Shown here: positions 63,489 to 64,000 of the stretch, one piece after another | Numbering within the stretch: position 1 is the first letter of the stretch | Layout: the number at the start of each line of letters is the position of its first letter | Source: an uncultured Pirellulales bacterium | Lineage (GTDB): Bacteria > Planctomycetota > Phycisphaerae > Sedimentisphaerales > Anaerobacaceae | DNA: 64,000 nt | Direction of reading: 5' to 3' | Assembly (NCBI GenBank): GCA_964507485.1 | Contig: CAZDQP010000001.1 | Span: forward strand, 753 to 64,752 | Notes under the pieces: model-generated | Told to the model about the DNA's origin: nothing | What the model saw: only the letters and a program-made list of their open reading frames with translations | The model's database searches: none | Translations under genes and position numbers: made by a program

Positions 63489-64000
63489 ATGCCAAAAGAA
63501 CAAACATTAGTAGAACCAAAAACCGAATTAGCAATGTTTAATCCTGTTGAAGCGATAATCGCTGAAGCTAAGGTAGAAAATGAAAAGCTGGTATTCGATT
63601 ATGATACCCCACAAGGCGAAAAAGAAGCTCGAAGTCATATAGCAAAACTGCGAAAAGTTAAAACTAAAATAAGTGATATTCACAAAGAAGCTAAGGCCGA
63701 TGCTTTAGCATTTAGCAAAAAACTCGATGCCAAAAAAAGAGATTTAATTGGTGAAGTAGAAGAAATGATTGCCGTGCATAAAGATCCTCTTGATGCTATT
63801 GAGGCTGAAAGGCAGCGACTTATTGAAGAAGAAAAGCGCAAAGCCGAACAAGAAGAAGCCAAAAGAATTGCTGAACTTGAAGAACGTGAGCGTAAACTTA
63901 AAGAGGCTGAAGAAAAACTCGAACGAGAGAAGCGAGAAGCAGAAGAAAAACTCGAACGAGAGAAGCGAGAAGCAGAAGAAAAGTTGGCAAGAGAAAAGGC
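63489..64000 (+). CDS. coiled-coil phage protein, 3' end outside window
   Basis: ORF is open to the window edge, with a Glu/Lys-rich repeat at the end. Not in the track because there is no stop codon. Confidence 0.5.
   Translation, partial: MPKEQTLVEPKTELAMFNPVEAIIAEAKVENEKLVFDYDTPQGEKEARSHIAKLRKVKTKISDIHKEAKADALAFSKKLDAKKRDLIGEVEEMIAVHKDPLDAIEAERQRLIEEEKRKAEQEEAKRIAELEERERKLKEAEEKLEREKREAEEKLEREKREAEEKLAREK
63909..63974 (+). repeat. 33-bp tandem duplication
   Basis: GAAGAAAAACTCGAACGAGAGAAGCGAGAAGCA occurs twice (EEKLEREKREA twice), followed by a diverged third unit. Confidence 0.85.

Overview
The whole window reads as a temperate tailed-phage genome. There is no rRNA, canonical tRNA or CRISPR array. 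Nearly all genes are on the + strand and tightly packed.

Gene layout:
- 0-7.8 kb: replication and nuclease genes (three HNH, Gp37/Gp68, DUF1376, DUF551, a DUF1064-like nuclease), interrupted by an IS1595-family element.
- 7.9-9.5 kb: a minus-strand island containing a transposase-less cassette bounded by the same IS inverted repeats.
- 10-11.3 kb: a DUF559 nuclease and an MT-A70 methylase.
- 12.5-28.5 kb: packaging and head genes (TerS, TerL, portal, scaffold, capsid).
- 28.5-39.4 kb: an 11-kb nonulosonic-acid-type sugar pathway sitting inside the structural region.
- 40.4-52 kb: tail, internal-virion and lysis-like genes.
- 53.7-55.6 kb: a Ro60/Rsr gene followed by three Y-RNA-like genes.
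- 57-58 kb: a tyrosine integrase, then about 800 nt of ORF-poor, hairpin-dense DNA.
- 59-64 kb: a recombination module (YqaJ exonuclease plus an ERF-like annealing protein).

Most notable:
1. The phage Rsr / Y-RNA module, whose first RNA carries a circularly permuted tRNA-like domain.
2. The IS1595-type element and its non-autonomous derivative, which has a perfect 8-bp target duplication.
3. The sugar pathway, which includes an embedded ARPP-1/DUF6569-like gene.
4. The structured non-coding region beside the integrase.

All protein family calls come from motif recognition by eye. No searches were run.
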